This document shows positions 63,332 through 64,000 of a DNA stretch of 64,000 bases, in pieces. The position numbers were made by a program, and so were the translations under genes. Every line of letters begins with the position of its first letter. Position 1 is the first letter of the stretch. Source of the DNA: Nemertoderma westbladi (taxonomy: Eukaryota; Animalia; Xenacoelomorpha); NCBI GenBank assembly GCA_032718475.1, contig JAUCBJ010003593.1:1-64000 (forward strand). The letters run 5' to 3'. The notes below the pieces were generated by a model. It did not search any database. It was not told where the DNA came from and saw only the letters and a program-made list of their open reading frames with translations.

Positions 63332-63752
63332 CTACATTTATCGTTAAAAACATTATATTATAAAATTACACTTTTATGTGTTATAGGACTATACACACAG
63401 TAGTGCGAAACAAGTAAAAAAGTATCAGTAATAAATGTATGGATATGTATATTGACGATAATATATAGAACTGTATAAGTACATGGTGGCAGTTGGTTTG
63501 AATGTTTGTAAGATGTTTTGTAGGTGGTGGGAAGTGTAAATTAGTTTATTATTATCAAATTATTAATACCCAGTGCTCTGTGGTACCAGAGCCCGGTTCT
63601 AGGTTTGATTTACCCGTTGCTAATAATTCATTTGTATATCTAATATATTGAATATAATACAATAAACTAAATGTATTTTAGTCATAAAACACTCCAATAT
63701 GGAGTCAATAAACATAAATAAAAAAATAAAAATGCAAGGAAATATAACCTAC

Positions 63753-63952
63753 CAAAACAGGAGGAATACAATATCCCTTCAGACCGTAACATGTGTATGA
63801 TGTTATATTACATGTTTCAGGGCAAAGTTCTGGATCCTCATCAATAAGGATTCCAGGCTGATCGCAATCTGGAACCCCATCGCAAATCTTATCCGGTGGT
63901 AAACATTTACCCATATTCGGGCACTGCAACATCGGACTCAAGCACTCTTCGC
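63753..63952 (-). CDS. Exon: LDLa repeats
   Basis: tatag|EECLSPMLQCPNMGKCLPPDKICDGVPDCDQPGILIDEDPELCPETCNITSYTCYGLKGYCIPPVL|gtaggt; phase 1/0. Confidence 0.9.
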
Positions 63953-64000
63953 CTATAAAAATTAAAATTTTAAGACAAATTCTTTGGAAGTACAGGAACT

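Larger units (their letters stand above)
215..63952 (-). other. Multi-exon gene (partial, open at both ends): giant SCO-spondin/mucin-like secreted Cys-rich protein
   Basis: 19 exons with canonical AG/GT boundaries and matching phases: 63753-63952, 63180-63331, 62736-62890, 60999-61155, 58347-58512, 57974-58130, 47965-48189, 47143-47299, 42383-42548, 42011-42167, 17177-36006, 16884-17059, 10167-15300, 9581-9739, 7146-7389, 5810-5932, 4785-4940, 644-771, 215-361. The LDLa, TSP1, TIL, VWC and CTCK content resembles SCO-spondin and gel-forming mucins. Confidence 0.88.

Noticed and set aside
215-63952. Assigning the gene symbol SSPO or a MUC name
   Set aside because: The architecture is suggestive, but the N-terminus lies outside the window and orthology cannot be established without a search.

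Overview
Eukaryotic (invertebrate-like, AT-rich introns) genomic DNA. The whole window lies inside one giant minus-strand gene that runs off both edges. I reconstructed 19 GT-AG exons by hand, and their splice phases all match. They encode about 8,900 aa of an SCO-spondin/gel-forming-mucin-like extracellular protein. Domain order is LDLa repeats, a duplicated ~160-aa discoidin-like domain, a ~18.8 kb exon of ~1,040 GTPSPP repeats, TIL, a 5.1 kb exon of GTPAPGGA repeats splitting a VWC/TILa-like domain, TSP1, TIL/VWC, TSP1, VWC, and the start of a C-terminal cystine knot. The only usable splice donor of the giant exon is a variant of the repeat unit itself, which recurs in the same phase throughout the array. 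An intragenic tandem duplication (about 36-48 kb vs 48-63 kb) created a chimeric exon and gives matched empty/filled sites for several insertions. These are a CRE-type retrotransposon with a Ulp1/SENP protease domain, an RTE LINE with a 36-bp TSD, a TA-flanked MITE, a structured 137-bp retroposon and a 50-bp (TAG)n-tailed insert. Introns also hold minisatellites and decayed LINEs. There is no CRISPR, rRNA or tRNA. All domain and family calls are by motif recognition, not database search.
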